Assembly: GCA_023140255.1 (NCBI GenBank)
Contig: JAGLLX010000001.1
Span: 27,861 to 91,860, forward strand
DNA: 64,000 nt
DNA from: Minisyncoccota bacterium
GTDB taxonomy: Bacteria > Patescibacteriota > Minisyncoccia > Phycocordibacterales > UBA12079
Direction: 5' to 3'
The translations under genes were made by a program, and so were the position numbers. Of this stretch, positions 1 to 9,050 are shown one piece after another. The notes under the pieces were generated by a model. The model saw nothing but the letters and a program-made list of their open reading frames with translations. It made no database searches and was not told the origin of the DNA. Position 1 is the first letter of the stretch, and each line of letters opens with the position of its first letter.

Positions 1-528
1 CAACCTTATTCCAAATACTTGATTTTGTTTCTTGCTTATATAAACACAAAGAATTACATCTAAAAATAAGATTTTCTTTTACACTATTCAGTTCTTCTTT
101 AATTTTTTTAAATTCATTTTTAGGTATCCTTTCCGCAATTGTTAAATGAGGATTAAATTCTTTAATAGACATCCTATAATCACTATAAACATCCTCTACT
201 TTATCTTTTAAAGATTCTATTACTTTCAAAAAAACTTGTTTTATAAAAATATCAGAATTTTTATCAGGAGCAAAAAAGCAACGTTATTCCCTTCTTCAAA
301 ATATTTTATAGAATTAAAATTTAAAGAAAAATTATTTACATCTTTTAAAGAACTTTTTAATAAATTTAGGATTTCTTTTTCTGATATTTGTTTTAAATAA
401 AAAGGTGGATAAATAGTTATATGTGGAGATATTTTATAAGTAGTAAACTTAGCGTATTTATTTCTATACTTATTTACTATTTCATTAATATTTTTAGAAG
501 GATTAATTGTAATTAAATATGAATTCAT
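1..528 (-). pseudogene. 2H-phosphoesterase (2'-5' RNA ligase/LigT-like) family gene, frameshifted, runs off window start
   Basis: First HxT motif (SPHITIYPPF) is in the 241..558 ORF; second (NPHLTIAERI) is in another frame at ~125-160. Adding one base in the A6 run at 272-277 joins them. Likely start is ATG at 528. Confidence 0.75.
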
Positions 529-545
529 CCCAAAAGTATACCAAA

Positions 546-594
546 ATAAATTAAACACCCCAACTTAAATTCTAAGTTAGGGTGTTTAATTTAT
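546..594 (-). terminator. Hairpin/terminator downstream of tRNA-His
   Basis: Inverted repeat ATAAATTAAACACCC...GGGTGTTTAATTTAT. Confidence 0.5.
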
Positions 595-602
595 ATAATC
601 TG

Positions 603-674
603 GGCGGTGTACGGGGATTGAACCCGTGACGACAGTACCACAAACTGTAATGTTACCACTACACCAACACCGCC
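603..674 (-). tRNA. tRNA-His(GTG)
   Basis: Cloverleaf GGCGGTGTTGGTGTAGTGGTAAC...ACAGT-TTGTGGT-ACTGT...GGTTCAATCCC...ACACCGCC, with G-1/C73. Confidence 0.95.
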
Positions 675-1156
675 ATAAATTTATCTCTACCTTCTTTATA
701 ATGATGAACGAGATGATGGCAATTATGACATAACCACACTAAATTTTCAACATTGTTGTTATACCTATTTTTATCTAAATGATGAACAGCCATAACTCTT
801 TCGTCCTTATTTCCACACAACTTACAAATCTTAGGTATTTTATTTCTAGTTAAAACACTTTTATAGGAAGACTTTCCCCCATTCCAGTTAGCATGTTTAG
901 GACCAATAAATTCTTGATTTCTCCATTTAGTCTGACAAGATTTACTACAAAAAAATTTACCACTTTTTGATCTACTTAAATTTACCTTACTTTTATAAGA
1001 TGGTTCTCCACATAAAAAACATTTAATTTCTTTACCTTTTCTTAAACTTATACCTCGACATTTTGCTGAACAAAATCTCCCTTGACCCTTAATAACATGT
1101 GAAGGTTTTGTTTGAAACTTTTTATTGCAGATTTCGCATTTTTTTATTAATGGCAT
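659..1156 (-). CDS. HNH endonuclease with N-terminal CxxC...FCSxxC zinc-binding repeats
   Basis: CEIC..FCSAKC, CFLC..FCSKSC, then CKLC..VHHLDKNRYNNNVENLVWLCHNCHHLVH (HNH motif). Confidence 0.85.
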   Translation of the reverse strand: MPLIKKCEICNKKFQTKPSHVIKGQGRFCSAKCRGISLRKGKEIKCFLCGEPSYKSKVNLSRSKSGKFFCSKSCQTKWRNQEFIGPKHANWNGGKSSYKSVLTRNKIPKICKLCGNKDERVMAVHHLDKNRYNNNVENLVWLCHNCHHLVHHYKEGRDKFMAVLV

Positions 1157-1249
1157 TAACTTAATTATACTAAATAGACACGCTTTAGTAAATTAGCCTA
1201 GTTGTGGAGATAAACCACAAACATATATATACTTAATTTTAATATAAAT

Positions 1250-1279
1250 AAAAAGTGTCGGCTTTTACCGACACTTTTT
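1250..1279 (-). terminator. Intrinsic terminator after rplS
   Basis: AAAAAGTGTCGG-cttttA-CCGACACTTTTT hairpin with T tracts. Confidence 0.7.
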
Positions 1280-1286
1280 AGTTTAT

Positions 1287-1823
1287 TTATTTTTTCTCTT
1301 CTTCTTTTTCTGAACTTTCTGTTTCTACTGGTGTTTCAACAGGAGCGTCCATGTTTTCTTCTACAGGAGTCTCTTCTTTTACCTGATCTTCAGCCTTAGC
1401 TTTTTCCTCTTCCTCTTTTACCTTTCTTTCAGCTTCTTCTTTTTCACTCTTAGTTGAAAGAGTTACTATCTTCATCTTTCTCATTTGTCTTTTAATTTCT
1501 CTAGCTACTTTTTCTCTAATGAAATAAAGTTTTGATCTTCTTACTCTAGATCGTTTAATGATTTCAATCTTATCAATTATAGGAGAAAATAGAGGAAAAA
1601 TTCTCTCTACCCCAACTCCACTAGCTACTTTTCGAACTGTAAATGTAGCACCTGCTTCATTTCCGTGTTTTCTAGCTAATACTAAACCTTCAAAAGCCTG
1701 AGTACGAATTTTTCCTTTTTCTTCAATTTTCACCCAAACACGAACAGTGTCACCAGCTCTTATACCAAGAGCCTTTCTGTCTTCTATATTTACTGATGAA
1801 ATTTTAATAGTTTCTAAAATCAT
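1287..1823 (-). CDS. rplS: 50S ribosomal protein L19 with acidic C-terminal tail
   Basis: [52 protein letters not shown]; start placed at MILETIK (track ORF begins at 1859). Confidence 0.95.
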   Translation of the reverse strand: MILETIKISSVNIEDRKALGIRAGDTVRVWVKIEEKGKIRTQAFEGLVLARKHGNEAGATFTVRKVASGVGVERIFPLFSPIIDKIEIIKRSRVRRSKLYFIREKVAREIKRQMRKMKIVTLSTKSEKEEAERKVKEEEEKAKAEDQVKEETPVEENMDAPVETPVETESSEKEEEKK

Positions 1824-1887
1824 ATTAATATTTTTATTTATACCGCCAAACTTTATCATAATATGAATTAAGTATCAAGCGATAATA

Positions 1888-2937
1888 CTATTTTTTTATT
1901 ATTTTCAAAGCTTCCTCAAAATCTTCTGGTAAATCAGCTTCTACTTTTATTTTTTCTCCATTTAGTAAAAAAAATTCTATTAAATAAGCGTGTAGAGCTA
2001 CTCTAGTAAAATCTAAAGCAAAATCTCGTTTAGGAGCATATAATTTATCCCCTACCACTGGATTATTTATAGCTTTCATATGTACTCTAATTTGATGAGT
2101 CCTTCCTGTTTTTAAATTTATTTCTAAATAAGAAAACTCTTCATTAAAATTTAAAACTTTATATTCCGTAATGGCTTCTCTTAATTTTCCTTTAGCACCC
2201 CTTTGAGCTGACCATTGACGAAAATCTTTAGAACTTTTTCCTATTTGTCTATTAATAATTCCTTCGTCATCTTTTAATTTTCCCCAAACAAAAGTTTTAT
2301 AAATTTTCTTTATTTCTTTATTTTGAAATTGTTCTTTTAAATTTAAAAAGGCGTCTTGTGTTTTCGCTACAATTAAAGCTCCGCTAGTCTCCCTATCCAA
2401 ACGATGAACAATTCCTGGGCGCTTAATTTTTGTACCGTCTTGTAAGACCAGTGGTTCTCCAACATTTTCTACTTCTGGATAATTTTCTAAAACCCAATCA
2501 CATAAATTAGGTTCTTCCGTTCGTCCGTCAAAATGCACAACTAAACCTACTGGTTTATTCACCGCCACAACTTCACTATTTTCAAATAATTTTTCTATTT
2601 GCAAATTACTTTTTTTAAAATCATTTTTATTAATAATTCTTATTCCTTTAACCCCAATAATAAACAAACCTAAAATTAATATTTTTAATATATAATAGTC
2701 ATTTATATTAATAAAGTCTCTAGTCATAGGAGTGATTTCTCCAATAATCAAATGAATGAAAATGCTAATTGGTAGAGTTAAAAACAGCCAATTTTGCTTA
2801 GGTATATTAATTCTAATTTTCAAAAATATTTTTGATAATGAAGAAGAGAGTAGATAAATTCCTAAAAAAGCTATTATAAAATCAAAAATAGCATATTCAT
2901 AAAAACGAAATTGTCTAAGAAATTCTATTAAAATCAT
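1888..2937 (-). CDS. RluA/RluD-family pseudouridine synthase with in-frame N-terminal ~100-aa membrane domain
   Basis: VNKPVGLVVH, GIVHRLDRETSG, TGRTHQIRVH, PVVGDKLY, LHA motifs. The track start at 3030 lies inside tRNA-Val, so first plausible ATG is 2937. Confidence 0.85.
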   Translation of the reverse strand: MILIEFLRQFRFYEYAIFDFIIAFLGIYLLSSSLSKIFLKIRINIPKQNWLFLTLPISIFIHLIIGEITPMTRDFININDYYILKILILGLFIIGVKGIRIINKNDFKKSNLQIEKLFENSEVVAVNKPVGLVVHFDGRTEEPNLCDWVLENYPEVENVGEPLVLQDGTKIKRPGIVHRLDRETSGALIVAKTQDAFLNLKEQFQNKEIKKIYKTFVWGKLKDDEGIINRQIGKSSKDFRQWSAQRGAKGKLREAITEYKVLNFNEEFSYLEINLKTGRTHQIRVHMKAINNPVVGDKLYAPKRDFALDFTRVALHAYLIEFFLLNGEKIKVEADLPEDFEEALKIIKK

Positions 2938-2972
2938 AGTATTGAATAGTAAATTACTACTACTTAGTTTTG

Positions 2973-3045
2973 TGGGCGATGAGGGATTTGAACCCCCGAC
3001 CTTCGCAGTGTAAATGCGCTGCTCTACCAACTGAGCTAATCGCCC
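2973..3045 (-). tRNA. tRNA-Val(TAC)
   Basis: GGGCGATTAGCTCAGTTGGTAGAGC...TTTACAC...GGTTCAAATCCCTCATCGCCCA. Confidence 0.95.
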
Positions 3046-3111
3046 TTTGTTTAATTAACCATATATTATATTTTTTTATAAAAAAATACAAGTTTATTTA
3101 TTACCTTATTG

Positions 3112-3183
3112 TGCCCCCGGTAGGAATCGAACCTACATCGAGAGATTAGAAAACTCTTGTTCTATCCATTGAACTACGGGGAC
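3112..3183 (-). tRNA. tRNA-Arg(TCT)
   Basis: GTCCCCGTAGTTCAATGGATAGAAC...TTTCTAA...GGTTCGATTCCTACCGGGGGCA. Confidence 0.93.
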
Positions 3184-3240
3184 AATTTTTACCTATTTTA
3201 AACACCCAAAATATACCACTAATTAACCTTTAAATCAACA

Positions 3241-3828
3241 TTAAACGAACACTACCCACACAAGTAAAGCTACAATTAAAAGAGTTATGTAATTAAAATA
3301 TTTAAAAGCATAATGAGCCATTTGTTTTCCAAATAATTTTACTAAATAACCCACAATAAAGAATCTTAAACCTCTTCCAATTAAAGAAGCTCCAAAAAAA
3401 GTTAAAATATTTATGTGAAAAAAACCTGCTGAAAGTGTAAAAACCTTAAATGGAATTGGAGTAAAAGCTGAAATGAAAATAGCCCAGAAAGCGTTCTCTT
3501 GAAATAAAGTAGAAACAACCACCATTTGAGTCTGAAGGTTATAGGTATTAATCAAAAACTCCCCTACTAAATCAAAAAAGAAAAACCCAAAAACATAACC
3601 TAAGAGACCACCTAGAACAGAAGCAATTGTAGTTAAGAAAGAATAATATATCCACTTAGATCCATTATTTATTAAAATAGCTAATAAGAAAATATCTGGT
3701 GGAATAATAAAAAAAGAGGCTTCTGTAAATGAAAAAATAGCTAACCATAATTTAGCATTTTCTCCGTGAGAGTGATTGTATGACCAATCTTTCAAAGACT
3801 GCTTAGCTTTATTTAAATATTTAATCAT
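3241..3828 (-). CDS. YqaA/DedA (VTT domain) membrane protein
   Basis: FSFTEASFFIIPPD, ASVLGGLLGY, FTPIPFKVFTLSAG, GRGLRFF motifs. Confidence 0.9.
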   Translation of the reverse strand: MIKYLNKAKQSLKDWSYNHSHGENAKLWLAIFSFTEASFFIIPPDIFLLAILINNGSKWIYYSFLTTIASVLGGLLGYVFGFFFFDLVGEFLINTYNLQTQMVVVSTLFQENAFWAIFISAFTPIPFKVFTLSAGFFHINILTFFGASLIGRGLRFFIVGYLVKLFGKQMAHYAFKYFNYITLLIVALLVWVVFV

Positions 3829-4255
3829 TATTTTGTTTCTCTAAAAATCTATTTAAAATCAAAGCAGCCGCAGAAGCATCATTTTTCTGTAATTTAACTT
3901 TAGCATGGATCCTATCTTTTTTTCTAATATTTCTTAAATTTTCTCCTTGAATTCTATCAGCTTCTGCACTAGTTAAAAACTCTGGTTCTAAATGTATTGG
4001 TATTTTAACACTTTTTTCTAAGGCTCGCTTAAATTCCAAAATCTTTTTTTGGATAAGGTTGTCTTCTCCGTTTAAATTTTTTGACTCCCCTATTACAATC
4101 ATCTCAATTCTATCTTCTTCACATATTTTCAAAATATTTTCTAAAAGTTTTTTATCATTATCTAAAACTATTTTAGCAAAAGCTAAATTTCCTTCATCAT
4201 CAGAGACGGCGATCCCAATATTTTTTCCCCCATAATCAATTCCTAAATATTTCAT
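3821..4255 (-). CDS. ruvX: RuvX/YqgF family nuclease (pre-16S rRNA processing)
   Basis: YLGIDYGGKNIGIAVSD, EFLTSAEA, DASAAALIL. Confidence 0.9.
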   Translation of the reverse strand: MKYLGIDYGGKNIGIAVSDDEGNLAFAKIVLDNDKKLLENILKICEEDRIEMIVIGESKNLNGEDNLIQKKILEFKRALEKSVKIPIHLEPEFLTSAEADRIQGENLRNIRKKDRIHAKVKLQKNDASAAALILNRFLEKQNND

Positions 4256-4752
4256 ACTATTTTACTTAATATAAATTCTAATGAGCCCTCTATCTTTTTA
4301 TTATTATTTAAAATAATCTCATCTTCAATTTCTATTTCTATTATTTCCTTTTCTAATTTTTCAAAATCTACTTTAGTATTTTTTATTTTTCGTTCTCTAC
4401 TTTCTTCAATCTCTAAAAGTTTTTCTATATCTCTTTCAATAAAAAAGCTTTTTATATTAATATTATTTTCCTTACAAAACTCTTTTATTTTATCTACTAA
4501 ATTTTTATCGTTAAAAAGTTCTTCAGTTATGATTCTTTTGTTTCCATTTTCAAACAACTCTTTAATTTTTTCAAAAATTTTTATATAAGAATACTGATAC
4601 ATCTCTTTATTTTCAAAACTAGAATTACTTTTCATAAACTCTCTTTTAAAAAAATCTCCAAAAACTACAGGAGCATCTAATCGCCCACCTAATTTTTCAG
4701 CTATAGTTGATTTACCACAACCAGGTAAACCTCTCAAAATAATTAACTCCAT
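4252..4752 (-). CDS. P-loop nucleotide kinase (AAA_33-like)
   Basis: LIILRGLPGCGKST Walker A at N-terminus. Confidence 0.75.
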   Translation of the reverse strand: MELIILRGLPGCGKSTIAEKLGGRLDAPVVFGDFFKREFMKSNSSFENKEMYQYSYIKIFEKIKELFENGNKRIITEELFNDKNLVDKIKEFCKENNINIKSFFIERDIEKLLEIEESRERKIKNTKVDFEKLEKEIIEIEIEDEIILNNNKKIEGSLEFILSKIV

Positions 4753-4782
4753 ACTTTCTATTCTACCATAATTTAAAACCTT

Positions 4783-5361
4783 CTACTTTTGAATATAAAC
4801 CAAATACTCTTTATTTTTACCCTTTTGACCTAAAATTGGAGATTCTATTATTTCAGAAAAATTTAATCCCAATTCTACAAAATCTTTTTTAATTTTATCA
4901 ATAACCTCCATTAAAAATTCTTCAGGAACCTTTCCTTTTTTTAATAAAGCCTTGTCTATTTCGTAATGCGGTTTTATTAAAGAAATTATCTCCCCTTTAT
5001 CCTTTAATAAAGACAAGGCTTTAGGAATTATTAATCTTTGAGGAGTCCAACTTACATCAATAGAAATAAAATCAACTTTCTCTGGTAATTCTACATGAAG
5101 CGCGTTAACCCCTCCAAGAAATTCAACTCTTTCGTCCTCTTTTATTTTCCATTCTAGAATATTTTTACCAGTATCAACTGAATAAACTTTTTTAGCTCCA
5201 TTTTGTAATAGACAATCAGTAAAACCTCCAACACTGCAACCTAAATCAGCACAAATTTTTCCCTCAACATTTATATTAAATTTTTCCAAAGCAAATTTAA
5301 GTTTCTCTCCTCCTCTAGAAACAAATTCTGGTATCTTTATATTATCTAAAAATTTATTCAT
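4783..5361 (-). CDS. tlyA: TlyA-family rRNA 2'-O-methyltransferase lacking the N-terminal S4 domain
   Basis: FVSRGGEKL, DLGCSVGGFTDCLLQNGAKKVYSVDTG, IDVS, LIKPHYE, SPILGQKGKNKEYL. Confidence 0.88.
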   Translation of the reverse strand: MNKFLDNIKIPEFVSRGGEKLKFALEKFNINVEGKICADLGCSVGGFTDCLLQNGAKKVYSVDTGKNILEWKIKEDERVEFLGGVNALHVELPEKVDFISIDVSWTPQRLIIPKALSLLKDKGEIISLIKPHYEIDKALLKKGKVPEEFLMEVIDKIKKDFVELGLNFSEIIESPILGQKGKNKEYLVYIQK

Positions 5362-5474
5362 TCCGTTAGAGCTACTTTATTAAAAGTATCTCTAACGGGA
5401 CAAGTCCCTTACTTTTAATAAATATCTTTAAAATTAAATTAGTAATTTTTAACCCCGCCAAATCTCTAACGGGA
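5362..5474. mobile_element. MITE/REP-like element, copy 1
   Basis: Terminal inverted repeats CCGTTAGAG...CTCTAACGG, flanked on both sides by TTCAT; near-identical to 11780-11890. Confidence 0.7.
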
Positions 5475-5480
5475 TTCATC

Positions 5481-6647
5481 TTAAAAAACCAAAAGATTTG
5501 GAGCTATTAAAAGCAAAACTCCAAGTATAATCATCAACACACCTCCTATTAAAGAAGATAAGTTTGAATACTTCTGCCCTACTGCATAAAATTTACTAAA
5601 ACCATACAAAGCTAACCCTAAGATTAAAAAATCATCAATCATATATGAAAAAGTGTACAAGAAAATATAAAATTGTTCAGTTAATAAACTGAGATTATTT
5701 AATTCTAAGATTTTAGTGAAAGCCTGAGGAATTCCGATAGAACAAGCAAACTCAATAATATTTACAGAAAAAGCTACTCCAATTATTCCTATAGCAGTTA
5801 AAATACTCATTGGTTTATTTACTAAATTTCGGATTTTTCCTTCTGTTTTAGATTGTTTTTCTAAATCAGTATCACATACTAATTTCCCACGATTCTTCCA
5901 ATACCTATACACAAAATAAATCCCTGAACTTATCGCCAACACCCCAATCGCAGGAGTTATAATTTGATCTAAACCAATAAAATCCCAAGTTCTAAACCAA
6001 AAATTTAAAATTACCCAGTACATTACAGCTTCAGCAAAAATAAACAATCCCGCTACTTGAAACATTTTTTTCTTGTCTTTAATCTGCCATAAAATCAATA
6101 AAAAAGTCATCAATACCCACATAGCACAAGGATTAAAACCATCAACTAGACCTAAAGTAAAAGATAAAGAAAAAAGAGAAAAGTCCTTTAAATTTACAAT
6201 TCCAATAAAAGGTAATTTAAACTCAAAACTTTGTTCTGGGTTAATGTTAATTTGAGGATCTTGATTAATTAAATTATTATTTTTATCAATTAAAGCAATT
6301 ATTTGCTTACCTGTTATCTCATCAGAAGCAAAACCTTGAAAAATATCTTGTCCTATTATAGTGGTTGGTGTAACTTTTGGTAAATTATATTTTTCAGTTA
6401 TAAAATCAAATTGCTGTTTATTCCCTTCCTGAAGCACATCAACTATTATTAAATTAAAATCATCTCGTTCTTGAATTAAATTTTCAAAAAAAACTAGTTC
6501 TTTAGTACAATGAGAACAACCCTCTCTTTCAAAAAGATAAATATCTACTTTATTAACCTCTTTAACTTGAATATCTTCTGCTTTAGAAACTTGAGGTAGA
6601 AAGAAAACCTGAATCAAAAACAATCCTAAAAATATCTTTTTTATCAT
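5481..6647 (-). CDS. Glutaredoxin/thioredoxin (CxxC) domain fused to DsbD/CcdA-like membrane domain
   Basis: Signal peptide, EGCSHC, then GLVDGFNPCAMWVL and EFACSIG within multiple TM helices. Confidence 0.8.
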   Translation of the reverse strand: MIKKIFLGLFLIQVFFLPQVSKAEDIQVKEVNKVDIYLFEREGCSHCTKELVFFENLIQERDDFNLIIVDVLQEGNKQQFDFITEKYNLPKVTPTTIIGQDIFQGFASDEITGKQIIALIDKNNNLINQDPQININPEQSFEFKLPFIGIVNLKDFSLFSLSFTLGLVDGFNPCAMWVLMTFLLILWQIKDKKKMFQVAGLFIFAEAVMYWVILNFWFRTWDFIGLDQIITPAIGVLAISSGIYFVYRYWKNRGKLVCDTDLEKQSKTEGKIRNLVNKPMSILTAIGIIGVAFSVNIIEFACSIGIPQAFTKILELNNLSLLTEQFYIFLYTFSYMIDDFLILGLALYGFSKFYAVGQKYSNLSSLIGGVLMIILGVLLLIAPNLLVF

Positions 6648-6742
6648 GAAGCCATCATATCATTATTGTTTTAAATAAGGAACTAAGATAAAATTAGATT
6701 AAATAGCTTTTAAAATTACTAATTTAATAAAAAAATAAAAAT

Positions 6743-6955
6743 ATGAATTTATTAACATCAAATTTAGAAACTGCACCTATTCCTGTGTGGGCTTTATTAT
6801 TAATAATGTTATGGGTTTTACCTTGGAAAGGTTATGCTATGTGGTTAGCAGTAAAAAATAACCAAAGAAATTGGTTTATTGCATTATTAATACTAAACAC
6901 ATTAGCTATCTTAGATATTATCTATATTTTCTTTGTGAATAAAAAGAAAAAATAA
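6743..6955 (+). CDS. Small membrane protein (DUF5652-like)
   Basis: W.LPWKGYAMW.A.KNNQ.NWFI.LLILNTL.IL.IIYIF pattern. Confidence 0.7.
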   Translation: MNLLTSNLETAPIPVWALLLIMLWVLPWKGYAMWLAVKNNQRNWFIALLILNTLAILDIIYIFFVNKKKK

Positions 6956-7018
6956 AGGTAGATTTTTTGTTGAAATTTTGATAGGATAATCTCTGTAATC
7001 GACATATAAACTCTACAT

Positions 7019-7105
7019 GGAGAGGTGGCAGAGAGGTCGAATGCACCAGTCTTGAAAACTGGAGTGCCTTAACGGGTACCGAGGGTTCGAATCCCTCCCT
7101 CTCCG
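7019..7105 (+). tRNA. tRNA-Ser(TGA)
   Basis: GGAGAGGTGGCAGAG...CCAGT-CTTGAAA-ACTGG, long variable arm, GGTTCGAATCCCTCCCTCTCCG. Confidence 0.96.
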
Positions 7106-7181
7106 CACAACACAAATTAAAAACACCAACTTGAGTTGGTGTTTTTAATTTTTAAATCTAATTTTATGCTAAAATATCTAT

Positions 7182-7631
7182 ATGGAAAATGAAATTTCAT
7201 GGGAAGCTTTTGAGTATGAATTTAACCCTAAATCTAATAATTGGTTTTGGGTTATTTGGATTTTAGCTCTTGGTCTTTCTGTTATGTTTTATTTGCTTGG
7301 TAATATAGTATTTGGAATACTTATATTAGTAGCAGTTTTTTCTATTTCTGTTTTTGCTAGCCGCAAACCAGATTTAATGATAATTAGACTTAACTCTAAA
7401 AAAATAATTATTAAAAACAAAGAAATTGATCTTGATGATCTAGAGTCTTTTTGGATTGAAAATCAAAAAATTTTATTTAAATCTTTAAAAAAATTAAGTC
7501 CTTATATTATAATCCCTTTGAGCTCAAGAGCTGATGTAGAAGAAATACGAGATTATTTACTAGAATATTTAGAAGAGGAAGAACTCCATGAATCAATTCT
7601 ACAAATTTTTTTAGAAAAGATTTGGTCATAA
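7182..7631 (+). CDS. Conserved hypothetical membrane protein (2 TM + soluble domain)
   Basis: ISWEAFEY..KSNNWFW, two TM helices, ESFWI, EEEELHES. Confidence 0.7.
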   Translation: MENEISWEAFEYEFNPKSNNWFWVIWILALGLSVMFYLLGNIVFGILILVAVFSISVFASRKPDLMIIRLNSKKIIIKNKEIDLDDLESFWIENQKILFKSLKKLSPYIIIPLSSRADVEEIRDYLLEYLEEEELHESILQIFLEKIWS

Positions 7632-7639
7632 AAATTTTT

Positions 7640-7711
7640 GTCCTCGTAGTTCAATGGATAGAATATAACTTTGCGGAAGTTAGGACGTAGGTTCGATTCC
7701 TACCGAGGGCA
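7640..7711 (+). tRNA. tRNA-Arg(GCG)
   Basis: GTCCTCGTAGTTCAATGGATAGAA..TAACT-TTGCGGA-AGTTA..GGTTCGATTCCTACCGAGGGCA. Confidence 0.93.
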
Positions 7712-7775
7712 CAAATTTAAAAAACCCCTAGTTAAATTACTACTAGGAGTTCTTCTCTTAAGAACAAGTTTTTTG

Positions 7776-7964
7776 TTATTTTTTAGCAAGAGTAATAGCA
7801 ATAGCACCTAAAAAAGAAACCTTAGCCACTTCTATCAACATCGAGGATGTCGTTGCTAACTGCTCACTAACAGACTCTAAAAAGAACAACGGTATAAACA
7901 ATATAACAATAATCGCAAAGAGTGTTCCACCAACCCAAAGCATAAAATTTCCAAAATCCTTCAT
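7776..7964 (-). CDS. Small 2-TM hypothetical protein in a self-contained cassette
   Basis: SD AAGGAGAAGGAGG, upstream TTGACA-17-TAAATT promoter (8016-8044), downstream hairpin. Confidence 0.65.
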   Translation of the reverse strand: MKDFGNFMLWVGGTLFAIIVILFIPLFFLESVSEQLATTSSMLIEVAKVSFLGAIAITLAKK

Positions 7965-8100
7965 AACAACCTCCTTCTCCTTTATTTTTTAATTATTATT
8001 ACTTATCTAATTCATAATTTACATGAATAATAATATAATGTCAATAAAAACAAACAGCTCATCTGCCAGCTGGCAGATGATCTGTTATTTTTATATTATC

Positions 8101-8367
8101 TTATTTAGAAATATTTTTGATTGACCGTGAAAGAGTAGATTTTTTTCGAGCAGCTGTATTTTTCTTTAAAATACCTCTTTTTACAGCTTTATCAATTGCT
8201 TTATAAGCTTTTGATAATTCCTCATTAGCTTCTTTAGTTTTTTTAATAGATACTAATTTAACTACAGTGTTAACTGCATCTTTCATTGTTCTTTTTTTCC
8301 GCAAATTAAAAATTCTTTTTCTTTCTGAACCTCTAAGTGCTTTTTTTGCTGATTTAATTACTGGCAT
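8101..8367 (-). CDS. rpsT: 30S ribosomal protein S20
   Basis: MPVIKSAKKALR..AYKAIDKAVKRGILKKNTAARKKS. Confidence 0.96.
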   Translation of the reverse strand: MPVIKSAKKALRGSERKRIFNLRKKRTMKDAVNTVVKLVSIKKTKEANEELSKAYKAIDKAVKRGILKKNTAARKKSTLSRSIKNISK

Positions 8368-8473
8368 ATGCAAGTATACTACCCCAATCTATCTTAAAAA
8401 TCAACTGTTTTAAATTTATTAATTTCTACTAAAATACTGGATACAAAATACCGAATACAGTATACTGTAATTA

Positions 8474-9046
8474 ATGATCTCACAATTAACAGGAGAAATA
8501 TCTTTTCAGGACGAAAATTATATTATTTTAAATGTATCTGGAGTAGGTTATAAATTATTTATAAGCACAGAAACTTTTAAATCTTTAAAAAATACCGTAA
8601 AAGTATTAACTTTTTGGACTCATTTAGCTGTTAGAGAAAATTCTATGGATTTATATGGTTTTTTAGAAAAATCAGAAATGAACTTTTTTGCTTTACTTAT
8701 CACTATTTCAGGAATTGGTCCTAAAACAGCTTTGGGAATTTTAAATGTAGCAAATGTAGATACTTTAATTTCAGCTATTTCCTCTGAAGACACAAGTTAT
8801 TTAACTAAAGTATCAGGAATTGGACAAAAAAATGCCCAAAAAATTATTCTAGAATTAAAAAATAAAATATCAAAAATTGAAAGTACTACTTCAAGTGATA
8901 TTCAAGGAGATATAGATGTAATTGAAGCTCTTCAAGCACTTGGTTATAATCCTCAAGAAGCAAAAAAAGCTCTCCAGCAAACTGATAAAAAAATTACAGA
9001 TGTTGGTAAAAAAATCAAAGAAGCTATTAAATTTTTAGGAAAATAA
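8474..9046 (+). CDS. ruvA: Holliday junction branch migration protein RuvA
   Basis: VSGVGY, VRENSMDLYGF, ISGIGPKTALGIL, ALQALGY. Confidence 0.96.
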   Translation: MISQLTGEISFQDENYIILNVSGVGYKLFISTETFKSLKNTVKVLTFWTHLAVRENSMDLYGFLEKSEMNFFALLITISGIGPKTALGILNVANVDTLISAISSEDTSYLTKVSGIGQKNAQKIILELKNKISKIESTTSSDIQGDIDVIEALQALGYNPQEAKKALQQTDKKITDVGKKIKEAIKFLGK

Positions 9047-9050
9047 ATTT

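Noticed and set aside
2938-3030. N-terminal extension of the 380-aa ORF
   Set aside because: Reads through tRNA-Val; spurious start.
6918-7115. 65-aa minus-strand ORF
   Set aside because: Antisense to tRNA-Ser.
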